DNA of 64,000 bases from assembly GCA_963850305.1 (NCBI GenBank), contig CAWKKR010000001.1:512001-576000 (forward strand), in the 5' to 3' direction. The notes below the pieces were generated by a model. It was not told where the DNA came from and did no database searches. It saw only the letters and a list, made by a program, of their open reading frames with translations. Shown here one piece after another: positions 63,255 through 64,000 of the stretch (its first letter is position 1; each line of letters starts with the position of its first letter). The position numbers were made by a program, and so were the translations under genes. Source of the DNA: an uncultured delta proteobacterium. GTDB lineage: Bacteria; Myxococcota_A; Polyangia; Polyangiales; Polyangiaceae.

Positions 63255-64000
63255 CTATTTCCGCGCGCTCGCGGTGCCGATGACGACGCCGAGCTCGAAC
63301 TCTCTCCGGGACCAGTACTTTTCGATCGCGTCGTTGATGTACGCGAGGGGCGCGGCAAGATCGTCGACGCCCATGTGGGCCTGGAGTTCGGGGAGCACCA
63401 TCAGGCGCGTCACCGGGTCTTCGGTGAAGGCGCGACCTCCGGGGAACGACAAGCTGATTTGCCGGACATCGACGTCGATGTCCTCGAAGCCCGCGGACTC
63501 GAGCTCCTCGGAGAGCGACTCGATCGTCGGACGGCTGAGCATCGCCGTGTCGACGGCGCGACCCAGGTCGCCCTCGTCGTTCTTGAGGGAAAATTCTCGA
63601 ATGAGATCCCCGATTTCCTGGAACGAACCCCGGAGCGGCAACGACACCAGCGCCTGCCCGCCGGGATAGAGGATTCGCTCCATCTCCCCGAACAGGTCGA
63701 CGCGATCGTGGTCCGACCCGATCGGGTGCAGACACATCGCGTGCGAGAAGCCCTCCGCTTTCAGCTCGGTCGGGTAGCCCATCGCGACCTGATATTCGAG
63801 CTCGATGTCGGGCGTGATGGCCGCCTTGTTCCGCGCGAGCTCGATCGCGGCGATGGACGCGTCCACACCCACCACCGAGCACGTGTCGATCATCTCGAAG
63901 AGCTCCCGGTCCGGGTATCCGGTGCGGCATCCGAGGTGCGCGACGCGCGCCGTATCGCCGAGCAGCATCATGTTCAGCACCGCTTCGCCGAACTTCTCCA
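63255..64000 (-). CDS. Class I SAM-dependent methyltransferase-like protein (5' end outside the window)
   Basis: HLGCRTG motif I variant, GVDAS..IELAR, RILYPGG. Confidence 0.8.
   Translation of the reverse strand, partial: EKFGEAVLNMMLLGDTARVAHLGCRTGYPDRELFEMIDTCSVVGVDASIAAIELARNKAAITPDIELEYQVAMGYPTELKAEGFSHAMCLHPIGSDHDRVDLFGEMERILYPGGQALVSLPLRGSFQEIGDLIREFSLKNDEGDLGRAVDTAMLSRPTIESLSEELESAGFEDIDVDVRQISLSFPGGRAFTEDPVTRLMVLPELQAHMGVDDLAAPLAYINDAIEKYWSRREFELGVVIGTASARK

Overview
High-GC (roughly 70%, estimated by eye) bacterial chromosome segment, most consistent with a myxobacterium (Polyangiaceae/Sorangiineae-like; inferred from the giant TPR proteins, Pro-rich SxPP linkers and PEGA/zinc-ribbon proteins). 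Order: dnaG-rpoD; a 16-kb block of five TPR/scaffold genes (zinc-ribbon/TM/TPR protein, degenerate parvulin, two giant coupled TPR proteins ending in apparently catalytically dead M48-like domains, one exported TPR protein); small accessory genes (DsbA/FrnE, VOC, acyltransferase, rpsU, DUF971, GT4, moaB, a divergent GGT, PEGA protein, thioredoxin, M16-LysM fusion, Coq4-like); the dcw cluster mraZ..ftsZ, lacking murB and ddl; a B12-binding domain gene, rsmE, a metallophosphoesterase, a lipoprotein-Omp85-TamB group and a partial methyltransferase. Six single-base +1 frameshifts, three of them in essential genes, are probably assembly errors. I saw no rRNA, tRNA, CRISPR array, transposase or phage genes. 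Best leads: a GGT that has lost all three alpha-amino-binding residues, the TPR/pseudo-enzyme locus, structured intergenic repeats, and recurrent leaderless-type promoters. All family calls are by motif recognition; no database search was run.
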